Below are positions 42,595-55,122 of a stretch of 64,000 nucleotides of DNA, one piece after another. Below the pieces are notes generated by a model that made no database searches, was not told the origin of the DNA, and worked only from the letters and a program-made list of their open reading frames with translations. Source of the stretch: Escherichia coli (GTDB lineage: Bacteria > Pseudomonadota > Gammaproteobacteria > Enterobacterales > Enterobacteriaceae). The position numbers and the translations under genes are program-made. The stretch lies in NCBI RefSeq assembly GCF_016026235.1, contig NZ_CP065613.1; one strand, given 5' to 3'. The first letter of the stretch is position 1. Each line of letters begins with the position of its first letter.

Positions 42595-43077
42595 CTAATA
42601 CCAGATGGCAGGTTGTAGTACTGCTAGCGAAGTGAGTATTTCACGTAATGTCTCCCCATCAGGAAACACGAGTTCTGGGGCAATCTCAAACAGCGGCCAC
42701 AGCATAAAGCCGCGATTCTTCATATCGTAATGCGGGACGGTGAGTCGTTCGGTATTAATGGTTTCATTACCAAACAACATGATATCAAGATCGAGTGTGC
42801 GCGGTCCCCAGCGTTCTGCTTTACGAACGCGACCTTGCTGCAACTCTATTTGCTGTGTGTGATTAAGTAATTCTTCAGGCGCAAGTGTTGTTTCCAGCGC
42901 CACGGCTGCGTTTAAGTAATCGGGTTGATCTTGCGGCCCCAGCGGTGGGGTGCGGTAAAACGAAGAAACGGTAAGAATGTGGCTTTCAGGGATATCGCCT
43001 AATGCTTTCAGGGCAGCATTGACCTGCTCCAGCGGAGAGGCCAGATTGCTGCCTATGGCAATATACGCAACTGTCAT
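42595..43077 (-). CDS. folK: 2-amino-4-hydroxy-6-hydroxymethyldihydropteridine pyrophosphokinase
   Basis: 160-aa [22 protein letters not shown]...; 4-nt overlap with pcnB. Confidence 0.9.
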   Translation of the reverse strand: MTVAYIAIGSNLASPLEQVNAALKALGDIPESHILTVSSFYRTPPLGPQDQPDYLNAAVALETTLAPEELLNHTQQIELQQGRVRKAERWGPRTLDLDIMLFGNETINTERLTVPHYDMKNRGFMLWPLFEIAPELVFPDGETLREILTSLAVLQPAIWY

Positions 43078-44471
43078 GCGGTACCCTCACGACGCGGTGC
43101 GCGTTTGCGTGGACGACGAGTACGGCGACGCGGTGACGGCTCTTCATCCAACTCGTTAAGCATCCCTTTTTGATCTGGTGGCGCGGAAACCTGGAACTCA
43201 CCCCACCATTTCACCAGACGCTGCAGTTCAGCGTTACGTTCAACTTCAGCTCGCAAGGCCAACAGGTCATAAGCCGCACGGAACTTAGGATGCTCCAGCA
43301 GTTTCCATGCGCGTTTACCCTGACGACGGGACATACGCAACTGCAACTGCCAGATATCGCGGGTTAACGTCGTCAGACGTTTCGGGATTGCCAGTGAACG
43401 GCAGGCTTCGTCCAGCACGTCGTTCATCGCCAGCGCGAAAGCGTCGTGATAGGTCAGGCCGCTTTCCTGGGCAATCTTCTGTGCCGTCTCCAGCAGTGGG
43501 TACCAGAACATGGCGGCAAACAGGAACGCCGGGTTCACGCGCATATCGTTATGGATACGCGTATCGGTATTCTTCAGCACCTGTTCAATGATCCGCTCCA
43601 TCGGGCTGTCGCCATTTTCCGTGAAGTAGCGGGTAATGGTCGGGAACAGCGGCTGGAACAGATGATATTCACACAACAGCTTATAGGTATCGTAACCGTA
43701 GCCCGCTTGTAGCAGTTTAAGCGATTCTTCAAACAGGCGTGCCGGTGGGATATCGTTCAACAGGGTAGCGAGGCGAGGGATCGGTTCTGCGGTTTCCGGG
43801 CTGATGCGCATACCCAATTTGGCGGCAAAACGTACCGCGCGCAGCATACGTACCGGATCTTCACGGTAGCGCGTTTCCGGGTTACCAATCAGACGGATAA
43901 CGCCGTCCTTCAGATCCTTCATACCGCCAACGTAATCACGGACGGTAAAATCCGCTACGCTGTAATAGAGGCTGTTGATAGTGAAATCGCGGCGCTGGGC
44001 GTCTTCTTCGATGGAGCCGAAAATGTTGTCGCGCAGCAACATGCCGTTTTGCCCGCGTTGGGAGGTCGTGCGGTCGCTGACGTTACCTTCGTGGTGTCCA
44101 CGGAAGGTCGCAACTTCGATAATCTCCGGGCCAAACATTACATGAGCCAGACGGAAACGGCGACCCACCAGGCGGCAGTTACGGAACAGTTTGCGCACCT
44201 GCTCAGGCGTGGCGTTAGTGGTTACGTCAAAATCTTTCGGCTTTTTGCCAAGTAACAGGTCGCGCACGCCGCCGCCAACCAGCCAGGCTTCGTATCCCGC
44301 TTTGTTGAGCCTGTACATTACCTTCAGGGCATTTTCACTGATATCTTTGCGGGAAATAGCATGCTGCTCACGCGGGATCACCGTCACCTGTGGACGGGCG
44401 ACTGCCTGTTCAGCCTCGCTTTCCTCGCGGCTTAGCACCTTGCGGCAAAAATTAGCGACTCGGGTAAAAAT
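43074..44471 (-). CDS. pcnB: Poly(A) polymerase I; start assigned to the ATT (AUU) codon at 44469-44471
   Basis: 465-aa product beginning (I/M)[16 protein letters not shown]...; matches the known non-canonical AUU initiation of E. coli pcnB; the ORF-track 472-aa form uses an upstream TTG. Confidence 0.88.
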   Translation of the reverse strand: MFTRVANFCRKVLSREESEAEQAVARPQVTVIPREQHAISRKDISENALKVMYRLNKAGYEAWLVGGGVRDLLLGKKPKDFDVTTNATPEQVRKLFRNCRLVGRRFRLAHVMFGPEIIEVATFRGHHEGNVSDRTTSQRGQNGMLLRDNIFGSIEEDAQRRDFTINSLYYSVADFTVRDYVGGMKDLKDGVIRLIGNPETRYREDPVRMLRAVRFAAKLGMRISPETAEPIPRLATLLNDIPPARLFEESLKLLQAGYGYDTYKLLCEYHLFQPLFPTITRYFTENGDSPMERIIEQVLKNTDTRIHNDMRVNPAFLFAAMFWYPLLETAQKIAQESGLTYHDAFALAMNDVLDEACRSLAIPKRLTTLTRDIWQLQLRMSRRQGKRAWKLLEHPKFRAAYDLLALRAEVERNAELQRLVKWWGEFQVSAPPDQKGMLNELDEEPSPRRRTRRPRKRAPRREGTA

Positions 44472-44530
44472 AGTACACCTCGGTAGTGTCAAACATCATT
44501 CAGGACAAAAAAATAGCGGCTAATCATAGC

Positions 44531-45457
44531 TCAGCATGACGCATTTGAGAATGTTGAATTTACAATTGCCGACTCGGGCACGGCGGTCAGCGTCCAGTTT
44601 TTGACGGCTGACTGAAGGATTTGCTCGACGCTGAAATCCTGCCAGTGTGCTTCTGCCTGCTGCCCCAGAAATTGAAGTGCCGCGATTAGTACCGGGCGTG
44701 GATCGCCTTTCGGCAACGCAGGCGCATGATTCTGCTTGGAAAGTTTAGCGCCTTGTGGATTAAGCGCCAGCGGCAGATGAATGTAATCTGGCACTTTCCA
44801 GCCAAAAAGCTGGTACAGCGAGATTTGCCTTACTGTTGGTTCAATCAGATCAGCCCCACGCACTATTTCTGTAACGCCCTGGAAATGATCATCAACCACA
44901 ACAGCCAGGTTGTAGGCGAACAACCCATCACGGCGATGAATGATAAAATCTTCCCGTGCCAGTTTTTCGTCGGCGTGAATAATGCCGCGCAGCTGGTCAG
45001 TAAATTGCGTGACCGGATGCTGCTGGCGGATACGCACTGCGGCATTGTCTGGTCCATGATGCAACACCCGGCAATGACCGTCGTAAATACCGCCAATGCT
45101 TTGAATACGCGCACGCGTACAGGTGCAGTAATAACTTAGTCCTTGTTCATGTAACCAGGCGAGTGCTTCACGATAGGCGTCGTGACGTTGCGATTGCCAG
45201 AGAACATCGCCGTCCCAGTGCAGACCGTAATGTTCCAGCTGGCGCAGGATAGTTTCTGCGGCACCGGGAACTTCACGAGGCGGGTCGATATCTTCTATGC
45301 GTACCAGCCAGCGACCTTGCCGGGCGCGAGCCTGCAAATAGCTGCCGAGCGCGGCGATCAGAGAGCCAAAATGAAGCTCGCCGGAAGGAGAGGGGGCGAA
45401 GCGGCCAATATACTGTGTGTCTGTCATCTCTTTGAACAAAAAATAAGGCGGGAGCAT
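44531..45457 (-). CDS. gluQ: Glutamyl-Q tRNA(Asp) synthetase (YadB)
   Basis: GluRS catalytic-domain paralogue with class I motif (HFGS); start may instead be the ATG at 45427 ([16 protein letters not shown]). Confidence 0.85.
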   Translation of the reverse strand: MLPPYFLFKEMTDTQYIGRFAPSPSGELHFGSLIAALGSYLQARARQGRWLVRIEDIDPPREVPGAAETILRQLEHYGLHWDGDVLWQSQRHDAYREALAWLHEQGLSYYCTCTRARIQSIGGIYDGHCRVLHHGPDNAAVRIRQQHPVTQFTDQLRGIIHADEKLAREDFIIHRRDGLFAYNLAVVVDDHFQGVTEIVRGADLIEPTVRQISLYQLFGWKVPDYIHLPLALNPQGAKLSKQNHAPALPKGDPRPVLIAALQFLGQQAEAHWQDFSVEQILQSAVKNWTLTAVPESAIVNSTFSNASC

Positions 45458-45493
45458 TTCCCGCCTGTGGTAAACGTGATGGAACGGCTGTAA

Positions 45494-45949
45494 TTAGCCA
45501 GCCATCTGTTTTTCGCGAATTTCAGCCAGCGTTTTGCAGTCGATGCACAGATCGGCTGTCGGGCGCGCTTCCAGACGGCGAATACCAATTTCAACACCGC
45601 AGGATTCGCAGTAGCCGAAATCTTCGTCTTCCACTTTTTTCAGCGTCTTCTCGATCTTTTTGATCAGCTTACGCTCGCGATCGCGGTTACGCAGTTCGAG
45701 GCTGAACTCTTCTTCCTGGGCTGCACGGTCTACCGGGTCCGGGAAGTTGGCTGCTTCATCCTGCATATGTGTAACGGTGCGATCGACTTCATCCCTGAGT
45801 TGATTACGCCATGCTTCCAGAATACGACGGAAGTGCGCCAGCTGGGCTTCATTCATATACTCTTCGCCCGGCTTCTCCTGATATGGTTCCACCCCAGCGA
45901 TGGCGAGAATACTCAGGGACGATGTTTTACGGTTTTGCCCTTCTTGCAT
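45494..45949 (-). CDS. dksA: RNA polymerase-binding transcription factor DksA
   Basis: 151-aa product from [16 protein letters not shown]...; C4 zinc finger [25 protein letters not shown]. Confidence 0.95.
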   Translation of the reverse strand: MQEGQNRKTSSLSILAIAGVEPYQEKPGEEYMNEAQLAHFRRILEAWRNQLRDEVDRTVTHMQDEAANFPDPVDRAAQEEEFSLELRNRDRERKLIKKIEKTLKKVEDEDFGYCESCGVEIGIRRLEARPTADLCIDCKTLAEIREKQMAG

Positions 45950-46126
45950 GTTGCTTCTCCTTAACACGCACTATCGATCCCCATGTTCGGGGGAAAAATG
46001 AGGCCGCTATAAATAGCAGATGCTTTTCCGGATAGCAATTATCTAAACGTAACACTTGACAACTGTGTGAGGAAAAGCGTATTTGCGCACGCGACCAGAA
46101 TGTAAATTAACCAGTTACTTACTTTA

Positions 46127-47376
<1,250 letters not shown>

Positions 47377-47449
47377 GTGAGGCACTCGGTTATGAATTAC
47401 CGCGATGCTACAATGTGGCGCGAAGAATGTTAACCCTCTGGAGCGTTTT

Positions 47450-49879
47450 GTGTCGTCGTTGCCCGTTGCTGCCGTTTTACCTGAATTACTTACCGCTCTC
47501 GATTGTGCGCCGCAGGTATTATTAAGTGCGCCGACCGGGGCCGGGAAATCAACCTGGCTGCCGCTGCAACTGCTGGCGCATCCCGGCATTAACGGGAAAA
47601 TTATCCTGCTGGAGCCGCGTCGTCTGGCGGCGCGTAACGTCGCGCAACGACTGGCGGAGCTGCTTAACGAAAAGCCAGGCGATACCGTTGGCTACCGGAT
47701 GCGTGCGCAAAACTGCGTCGGGCCGAATACCCGCCTGGAAGTGGTTACCGAAGGCGTGCTGACGCGCATGATCCAGCGTGACCCGGAACTGAGCGGTGTT
47801 GGATTGGTGATCCTCGATGAATTTCATGAGCGCAGCTTGCAGGCGGATTTGGCGTTGGCGCTGTTACTCGATGTGCAACAAGGTCTGCGTGATGACCTTA
47901 AACTGCTGATTATGTCGGCTACGCTGGATAACGACCGCTTGCAGCAAATGCTGCCAGAAGCGCCCGTCGTCATCTCAGAAGGGCGCTCGTTTCCGGTTGA
48001 ACGCCATTATTTACCGCTGCCCGCGCATCAGCGTTTTGACGAAGCCGTTGCGGTAGCCACCGCCGAAATGCTGCGTCAGGAAAGCGGATCATTACTGTTA
48101 TTTTTACCTGGCGTCGGAGAAATTCAGCGTGTGCAGGAACAACTGGCTTCGCGCATCGGCAGTGATGTGTTGCTCTGCCCGCTGTATGGCGCGTTGTCGC
48201 TGAACGATCAGAGAAAAGCGATCCTCCCGGCACCGCAAGGGATGCGCAAAGTGGTGCTGGCGACCAATATTGCTGAAACCAGTTTAACCATTGAAGGTAT
48301 TCGTCTGGTGGTGGATTGTGCCCAGGAGCGTGTGGCGCGTTTTGATCCGCGCACGGGGCTTACGCGACTGATTACTCAACGCGTTAGCCAGGCATCCATG
48401 ACGCAGCGTGCCGGGCGCGCCGGGCGTCTGGAGCCGGGTATCAGCCTGCATTTAATCGCCAAAGAACAAGCAGAACGCGCCGCGGCGCAAAGTGAACCGG
48501 AGATCTTACAAAGCGATCTTTCCGGTTTGCTGATGGAATTACTGCAATGGGGATGCAGCGATCCGGCGCAGATGAGCTGGCTGGATCAACCGCCAGTAGT
48601 GAATCTACTGGCCGCGAAACGTCTGTTACAAATGCTGGGGGCACTGGAGGGTGAACGGCTTAGTGCGCAAGGGCAAAAAATGGCAGCGCTGGGTAACGAT
48701 CCGCGTTTAGCGGCAATGCTGGTTAGCGCGAAGAACGACGACGAAGCTGCTACCGCGGCAAAAATTGCCGCCATTCTCGAAGAGCCGCCACGGATGGGCA
48801 ATAGTGACCTGGGCGTGGCGTTTTCGCGCAATCAACCAGCCTGGCAGCAACGTAGTCAGCAACTGTTAAAACGCTTAAACGTACGCGGCGGTGAGGCAGA
48901 CAGTTCGCTTATCGCGCCGCTACTTGCCGGGGCGTTTGCCGATCGCATTGCTCATCGCCGTGGGCAAGATGGACGCTATCAACTGGCAAACGGCATGGGA
49001 GCGATGCTCGATGCCGACGACGCGCTAAGCCGCCACGAATGGTTGATCGCACCGTTATTATTGCAGGGCAGCGCCTCGCCGGATGCGCGGATTTTACTGG
49101 CGCTGCCGGTCGATATTGATGAGTTAGTACAACGCTGCCCGCAGCTGGTACAGCAGTCTGACACTGTGGAGTGGGATGACGCGCAAGGTACGCTGAAAGC
49201 CTGGCGTCGGCTGCAAATCGGTCTGCTGACGGTGAAAGTGCAGCCGCTGGCGAAACCCTCGGAAGACGAGTTGCATCAGGCGATGCTTAATGGCATTCGT
49301 GATAAAGGTTTAAGCATGCTCAACTGGACGGCGGAAGCGGAACAGCTACGCTTGCGTTTGTTATGCGCCGCAAAGTGGTTGCCGGAATATGACTGGCCTG
49401 CGGTTGATAATGAAAGTTTGTTGGCGACGCTGGAAACGTGGCTGCTGCCACATATGACCGGCGTGCATTCACTACGCGGCCTGAAATCACTCGACATTTA
49501 TCAGGCACTACGCGGATTACTTGATTGGGGAATGCAGCAACGTCTGGATAGTGAATTGCCTGCGCATTACACTGTGCCGACGGGAAGCCGGATCGCCATT
49601 CGTTATCATGAAGATAACCCGCCCGCGCTGGCGGTGAGAATGCAGGAGATGTTTGGTGAGGCCACCAATCCGACGATCGCCCAGGGGCGCGTGCCGCTGG
49701 TGCTGGAGTTGCTTTCCCCTGCCCAAAGGCCGCTGCAAATCACGCGTGATTTGGGGGCCTTCTGGAAAGGGGCGTATCGTGAGGTGCAAAAGGAGATGAA
49801 AGGGCGTTATCCCAAACACGTCTGGCCGGACGACCCGGCAAACACGGCACCGACGCGACGGACGAAAAAGTATTCGTAA
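47450..49879 (+). CDS. hrpB: ATP-dependent RNA helicase HrpB (DEAH-box)
   Basis: 809-aa product from GTG start (VSSLPVAAVLPELL); GAGKST Walker A, DEFHER motif. Confidence 0.9.
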   Translation: MSSLPVAAVLPELLTALDCAPQVLLSAPTGAGKSTWLPLQLLAHPGINGKIILLEPRRLAARNVAQRLAELLNEKPGDTVGYRMRAQNCVGPNTRLEVVTEGVLTRMIQRDPELSGVGLVILDEFHERSLQADLALALLLDVQQGLRDDLKLLIMSATLDNDRLQQMLPEAPVVISEGRSFPVERHYLPLPAHQRFDEAVAVATAEMLRQESGSLLLFLPGVGEIQRVQEQLASRIGSDVLLCPLYGALSLNDQRKAILPAPQGMRKVVLATNIAETSLTIEGIRLVVDCAQERVARFDPRTGLTRLITQRVSQASMTQRAGRAGRLEPGISLHLIAKEQAERAAAQSEPEILQSDLSGLLMELLQWGCSDPAQMSWLDQPPVVNLLAAKRLLQMLGALEGERLSAQGQKMAALGNDPRLAAMLVSAKNDDEAATAAKIAAILEEPPRMGNSDLGVAFSRNQPAWQQRSQQLLKRLNVRGGEADSSLIAPLLAGAFADRIAHRRGQDGRYQLANGMGAMLDADDALSRHEWLIAPLLLQGSASPDARILLALPVDIDELVQRCPQLVQQSDTVEWDDAQGTLKAWRRLQIGLLTVKVQPLAKPSEDELHQAMLNGIRDKGLSMLNWTAEAEQLRLRLLCAAKWLPEYDWPAVDNESLLATLETWLLPHMTGVHSLRGLKSLDIYQALRGLLDWGMQQRLDSELPAHYTVPTGSRIAIRYHEDNPPALAVRMQEMFGEATNPTIAQGRVPLVLELLSPAQRPLQITRDLGAFWKGAYREVQKEMKGRYPKHVWPDDPANTAPTRRTKKYS

Positions 49880-49884
49880 GGTTG

Positions 49885-49990
49885 GTTTTCTCCCTCTCCC
49901 TGTGGGAGAGGGCCGGGGTGAGGGCATCAGCGCGCACGTTCACCCTCACCCTAACCCTCTCCCTCAAGGGAGAGGGGACCGATCGAGCAC
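49885..49990. repeat. Cluster of three GC-rich palindromes (hairpins) in the hrpB-mrcB intergenic region
   Basis: CCCTCTCCC-TGT-GGGAGAGGG; GGTGAGGGC..(loop)..ACCCTCACC; CCCTCTCCC-TCAA-GGGAGAGGG. Confidence 0.5.
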
Positions 49991-50074
49991 AAATTTTGAG
50001 AGATATCTTCTTCTGTCTTGCAACAGAAGAACAGAAAATCGGGCTTTTGCGCCTGAATATTGCGGAGAAAAAGC

Positions 50075-52609
50075 ATGGCCGGGAATGACCGCGAGCCAAT
50101 TGGACGCAAAGGGAAACCGACGCGTCCGGTCAAACAAAAGGTAAGCCGTCGTCGTTACGAAGATGACGATGATTACGACGATTATGATGACTATGAGGAT
50201 GAAGAACCGATGCCGCGCAAAGGTAAGGGCAAAGGCAAAGGGCGTAAGCCTCGTGGCAAACGCGGCTGGCTATGGCTGCTGTTAAAACTGGCTATCGTTT
50301 TTGCCGTGCTGATCGCCATTTACGGCGTTTATCTCGATCAAAAAATTCGTAGCCGTATTGATGGCAAGGTCTGGCAACTGCCTGCGGCAGTTTATGGCCG
50401 AATGGTCAACCTTGAGCCAGACATGACCATCAGCAAGAACGAGATGGTGAAGCTGCTGGAGGCGACCCAGTATCGCCAGGTGTCGAAAATGACCCGTCCT
50501 GGCGAATTTACCGTGCAGGCCAACAGCATTGAGATGATCCGCCGTCCGTTTGATTTCCCGGACAGTAAAGAAGGGCAGGTGCGTGCGCGTCTGACCTTTG
50601 ATGGTGATCATCTGGCGACGATCGTCAATATGGAGAACAACCGTCAGTTCGGCTTTTTCCGTCTTGATCCGCGTCTGATCACCATGATCTCTTCGCCAAA
50701 CGGTGAGCAGCGTCTGTTTGTGCCGCGCAGTGGTTTCCCGGATTTGCTGGTGGATACTTTGCTGGCGACAGAAGACCGTCATTTTTACGAGCATGACGGC
50801 ATCAGCCTCTACTCCATCGGACGTGCGGTGCTGGCAAACCTGACCGCAGGTCGCACGGTACAGGGTGCGAGTACGCTGACGCAACAGCTGGTGAAAAACC
50901 TGTTCCTCTCCAGCGAGCGTTCTTACTGGCGTAAAGCGAACGAAGCTTACATGGCGCTGATCATGGACGCGCGTTACAGCAAAGACCGTATTCTTGAGCT
51001 GTATATGAACGAGGTGTATCTCGGTCAGAGCGGCGACAACGAAATCCGCGGCTTCCCGCTGGCAAGCTTGTATTACTTTGGTCGCCCGGTAGAAGAGCTA
51101 AGCCTCGACCAGCAGGCGCTGTTAGTCGGTATGGTGAAAGGGGCGTCCATCTACAACCCGTGGCGTAACCCAAAACTGGCGCTGGAGCGACGTAATCTGG
51201 TGCTGCGTCTGCTGCAACAGCAACAGATTATTGATCAAGAACTCTATGACATGTTGAGTGCCCGTCCGCTGGGGGTTCAGCCGCGCGGTGGGGTGATCTC
51301 TCCTCAGCCAGCCTTTATGCAACTGGTGCGTCAGGAGCTGCAGGCAAAACTGGGCGATAAGGTAAAAGATCTCTCCGGCGTGAAGATCTTCACTACCTTT
51401 GACTCGGTGGCCCAGGACGCGGCAGAAAAAGCCGCCGTGGAAGGCATTCCGGCACTGAAGAAACAGCGTAAGTTGAGCGATCTTGAAACTGCGATTGTGG
51501 TCGTCGACCGCTTTAGTGGTGAAGTTCGTGCGATGGTCGGAGGTTCTGAGCCGCAGTTTGCGGGCTACAACCGTGCGATGCAGGCGCGTCGTTCGATTGG
51601 TTCCCTTGCAAAACCAGCGACTTATCTGACGGCTTTAAGCCAGCCGAAAATCTATCGCCTGAACACGTGGATTGCCGATGCGCCAATCGCGCTGCGTCAG
51701 CCGAATGGCCAGGTCTGGTCACCGCAGAACGATGACCGTCGTTATAGCGAAAGCGGCAGAGTGATGCTGGTGGATGCGTTGACCCGTTCGATGAACGTGC
51801 CGACGGTAAATCTGGGGATGGCGCTGGGGCTGCCTGCAGTTACGGATACCTGGATCAAACTGGGCGTACCGAAAGATCAGCTGCATCCGGTTCCGGCGAT
51901 GCTGCTGGGGGCGTTGAACTTAACGCCAATCGAAGTGGCGCAGGCGTTCCAGACCATCGCCAGCGGTGGTAACCGTGCACCGCTTTCTGCACTGCGTTCG
52001 GTAATCGCGGAAGATGGCAAGGTGCTGTATCAGAGCTTCCCGCAGGCAGAACGCGCTGTTCCGGCGCAGGCGGCGTATCTGACACTATGGACCATGCAGC
52101 AGGTGGTACAACGTGGTACGGGTCGTCAGCTTGGGGCGAAATACCCGAACCTGCATCTGGCAGGGAAAACAGGGACTACCAACAATAACGTAGATACCTG
52201 GTTTGCAGGCATTGACGGCAGCACGGTGACCATCACCTGGGTAGGCCGTGATAACAACCAGCCGACCAAACTGTATGGAGCCAGCGGGGCAATGTCGATT
52301 TATCAGCGTTATCTGGCTAACCAGACGCCAACGCCGCTGAATCTTGTTCCGCCAGAAGATATTGCAGATATGGGCGTGGACTACGACGGCAACTTTGTTT
52401 GCAGCGGTGGCATGCGTGTCTTGCCGGTCTGGACCAGCGATCCGCAATCGCTGTGCCAGCAGAGTGAGATGCAGCAGCAGCCGTCAGGCAATCCGTTTGA
52501 TCAGTCTTCTCAGCCGCAGCAACAGCCGCAACAGCAACCTGCTCAGCAAGAGCAGAAAGACAGCGACGGTGTAGCCGGTTGGATCAAGGATATGTTTGGT
52601 AGTAATTAA
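50075..52609 (+). CDS. mrcB: Penicillin-binding protein 1B (bifunctional glycosyltransferase/transpeptidase)
   Basis: 844-aa product from [14 protein letters not shown]...; acidic [15 protein letters not shown] tract, TM helix, GT and TP motifs. Confidence 0.95.
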   Translation: MAGNDREPIGRKGKPTRPVKQKVSRRRYEDDDDYDDYDDYEDEEPMPRKGKGKGKGRKPRGKRGWLWLLLKLAIVFAVLIAIYGVYLDQKIRSRIDGKVWQLPAAVYGRMVNLEPDMTISKNEMVKLLEATQYRQVSKMTRPGEFTVQANSIEMIRRPFDFPDSKEGQVRARLTFDGDHLATIVNMENNRQFGFFRLDPRLITMISSPNGEQRLFVPRSGFPDLLVDTLLATEDRHFYEHDGISLYSIGRAVLANLTAGRTVQGASTLTQQLVKNLFLSSERSYWRKANEAYMALIMDARYSKDRILELYMNEVYLGQSGDNEIRGFPLASLYYFGRPVEELSLDQQALLVGMVKGASIYNPWRNPKLALERRNLVLRLLQQQQIIDQELYDMLSARPLGVQPRGGVISPQPAFMQLVRQELQAKLGDKVKDLSGVKIFTTFDSVAQDAAEKAAVEGIPALKKQRKLSDLETAIVVVDRFSGEVRAMVGGSEPQFAGYNRAMQARRSIGSLAKPATYLTALSQPKIYRLNTWIADAPIALRQPNGQVWSPQNDDRRYSESGRVMLVDALTRSMNVPTVNLGMALGLPAVTDTWIKLGVPKDQLHPVPAMLLGALNLTPIEVAQAFQTIASGGNRAPLSALRSVIAEDGKVLYQSFPQAERAVPAQAAYLTLWTMQQVVQRGTGRQLGAKYPNLHLAGKTGTTNNNVDTWFAGIDGSTVTITWVGRDNNQPTKLYGASGAMSIYQRYLANQTPTPLNLVPPEDIADMGVDYDGNFVCSGGMRVLPVWTSDPQSLCQQSEMQQQPSGNPFDQSSQPQQQPQQQPAQQEQKDSDGVAGWIKDMFGSN

Positions 52610-52757
52610 CATCTAAGCGTGAAATACCGGATGGCGAGTTGCCATCCGGTAAAATAACATCCCATCTAAGATATTAACCCTTTCTTTTCATCTGGTTGTT
52701 TATTAACCCTTCAGGAACGCTCAGATTGCGTACCGCTTGCGAACCCGCCAGCGTTTC

Positions 52758-52790
52758 GAATATTATCTTATCTTTATAATAATCATTCTC
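52758..52790 (+). promoter_or_regulatory. Fur-box-like sequence in fhuA promoter region
   Basis: GAATATTATCTTATCTTTATAATAATCATTCTC overlaps the Fur consensus GATAATGATAATCATTATC pattern, about 40-70 bp upstream of fhuA ATG. Confidence 0.55.
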
Positions 52791-52828
52791 GTTTACGTTA
52801 TCATTCACTTTACATCAGAGATATACCA

Positions 52829-55072
52829 ATGGCGCGTTCCAAAACTGCTCAGCCAAAACACTCACTGCGTAAAATCGCAGTTGTAGTAGCCACAGCGGTA
52901 AGCGGCATGTCTGTTTATGCACAGGCAGCGGTTGAACCGAAAGAAGACACTATCACCGTTACCGCTGCACCTGCGCCGCAAGAAAGCGCATGGGGGCCTG
53001 CTGCAACTATTGCGGCGCGACAGTCTGCTACCGGCACTAAAACCGATACGTCGATTCAAAAAGTGCCACAGTCTATTTCTGTTGTGACCGCCGAAGAGAT
53101 GGCGCTGCATCAGCCGAAGTCGGTAAAAGAAGCGCTTAGCTACACGCCGGGTGTCTCTGTTGGTACGCGTGGCGCATCCAACACCTATGACCACCTGATC
53201 ATTCGCGGCTTTGCGGCAGAAGGCCAAAGCCAGAATAACTATCTGAATGGCCTGAAGTTGCAGGGCAACTTCTATAACGATGCGGTCATTGACCCGTATA
53301 TGCTGGAACGCGCTGAAATTATGCGTGGCCCGGTTTCCGTGCTTTACGGTAAAAGCAGTCCTGGCGGCCTGTTGAATATGGTCAGCAAGCGTCCGACCAC
53401 CGAACCGCTGAAAGAAGTTCAGTTTAAAGCCGGTACTGACAGCCTGTTCCAGACTGGTTTTGACTTTAGCGATGCGTTGGATGATGACGGTGTTTACTCT
53501 TATCGCCTGACCGGTCTTGCGCGTTCTGCCAATGCCCAGCAGAAAGGGTCAGAAGAGCAGCGTTATGCTATTGCACCGGCGTTCACCTGGCGTCCGGATG
53601 ATAAAACCAATTTTACCTTCCTTTCTTACTTCCAGAACGAGCCGGAAACCGGTTATTACGGCTGGTTGCCGAAAGAGGGAACCGTTGAGCCGCTGCCGAA
53701 CGGTAAGCGTCTGCCGACAGACTTTAATGAAGGGGCGAAGAACAACACCTATTCTCGTAATGAGAAGATGGTCGGCTACAGCTTCGATCACGAATTTAAC
53801 GACACCTTTACTGTGCGTCAGAACCTGCGCTTTGCTGAAAACAAAACCTCGCAAAACAGCGTTTATGGTTACGGCGTCTGCTCCGATCCGGCGAATGCTT
53901 ACAGCAAACAGTGTGCGGCATTAGCGCCAGCGGATAAAGGCCATTATCTGGCACGTAAATACGTCGTTGATGATGAGAAGCTGCAAAACTTCTCCGTTGA
54001 TACCCAGTTGCAGAGCAAGTTTGCCACTGGCGATATCGACCACACCCTGCTGACCGGTGTCGACTTTATGCGTATGCGTAATGACATCAACGCCTGGTTT
54101 GGTTACGACGACTCTGTGCCACTGCTCAATCTGTACAATCCGGTGAATACCGATTTCGACTTCAATGCCAAAGATCCGGCAAACTCCGGCCCTTACCGCA
54201 TTCTGAATAAACAGAAACAAACGGGCGTTTATGTTCAGGATCAGGCGCAGTGGGATAAAGTGCTGGTCACCCTGGGCGGTCGTTATGACTGGGCAGATCA
54301 AGAATCTCTTAACCGCGTTGCTGGGACGACCGATAAACGTGATGACAAACAGTTTACCTGGCGTGGTGGTGTTAACTACCTGTTTGATAATGGTGTAACA
54401 CCTTACTTCAGCTATAGCGAATCGTTTGAACCTTCTTCGCAAGTTGGGAAGGATGGTAATATTTTCGCACCGTCTAAAGGTAAGCAGTATGAAGTCGGCG
54501 TGAAATATGTACCGGAAGATCGTCCGATTGTAGTTACTGGTGCCGTGTATAATCTCACTAAAACCAACAACCTGATGGCGGACCCTGAGGGTTCCTTCTT
54601 CTCGGTTGAAGGTGGCGAGATCCGCGCACGTGGCGTAGAAATCGAAGCGAAAGCGGCGCTGTCGGCGAGTGTTAACGTAGTCGGTTCTTATACTTACACC
54701 GATGCGGAATACACCACCGATACTACCTATAAAGGCAATACGCCTGCACAGGTGCCAAAACACATGGCTTCGCTGTGGGCTGACTATACCTTCTTTGACG
54801 GTCCGCTTTCAGGTCTGACGCTGGGCACCGGTGGTCGTTATACTGGCTCCAGCTATGGTGATCCGGCTAACTCCTTTAAAGTGGGAAGTTATACGGTCGT
54901 GGATGCGTTAGTGCGTTATGATCTGGCGCGAGTCGGCATGGCGGGCTCCAACGTGGCGCTGCATGTTAACAACCTGTTCGATCGTGAATACGTCGCCAGC
55001 TGCTTTAACACTTATGGCTGCTTCTGGGGCGCAGAACGTCAGGTCGTTGCAACCGCAACCTTCCGTTTCTAA
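52829..55072 (+). CDS. fhuA: Ferrichrome outer membrane transporter FhuA (TonB-dependent)
   Basis: 747-aa ORF with signal peptide, TonB box and C-terminal ...ATATFRF. Confidence 0.95.
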   Translation: MARSKTAQPKHSLRKIAVVVATAVSGMSVYAQAAVEPKEDTITVTAAPAPQESAWGPAATIAARQSATGTKTDTSIQKVPQSISVVTAEEMALHQPKSVKEALSYTPGVSVGTRGASNTYDHLIIRGFAAEGQSQNNYLNGLKLQGNFYNDAVIDPYMLERAEIMRGPVSVLYGKSSPGGLLNMVSKRPTTEPLKEVQFKAGTDSLFQTGFDFSDALDDDGVYSYRLTGLARSANAQQKGSEEQRYAIAPAFTWRPDDKTNFTFLSYFQNEPETGYYGWLPKEGTVEPLPNGKRLPTDFNEGAKNNTYSRNEKMVGYSFDHEFNDTFTVRQNLRFAENKTSQNSVYGYGVCSDPANAYSKQCAALAPADKGHYLARKYVVDDEKLQNFSVDTQLQSKFATGDIDHTLLTGVDFMRMRNDINAWFGYDDSVPLLNLYNPVNTDFDFNAKDPANSGPYRILNKQKQTGVYVQDQAQWDKVLVTLGGRYDWADQESLNRVAGTTDKRDDKQFTWRGGVNYLFDNGVTPYFSYSESFEPSSQVGKDGNIFAPSKGKQYEVGVKYVPEDRPIVVTGAVYNLTKTNNLMADPEGSFFSVEGGEIRARGVEIEAKAALSASVNVVGSYTYTDAEYTTDTTYKGNTPAQVPKHMASLWADYTFFDGPLSGLTLGTGGRYTGSSYGDPANSFKVGSYTVVDALVRYDLARVGMAGSNVALHVNNLFDREYVASCFNTYGCFWGAERQVVATATFRF

Positions 55073-55122
55073 TTTCTCTTTTGGGGCACGGATTTCCGTG
55101 CCCATTTCACAAGTTGGCTGTT

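Noticed and set aside
49882-50144. Small ORFs (68-80 aa) in the hrpB-mrcB spacer
   Set aside because: They read through the palindromic repeats and overlap the mrcB start; no RBS and repeat-derived translation.
50282-50884. 200-aa minus-strand ORF inside mrcB
   Set aside because: Antisense to mrcB.
53921-54763. 280-aa minus-strand ORF inside fhuA
   Set aside because: Antisense to fhuA with no independent signals.
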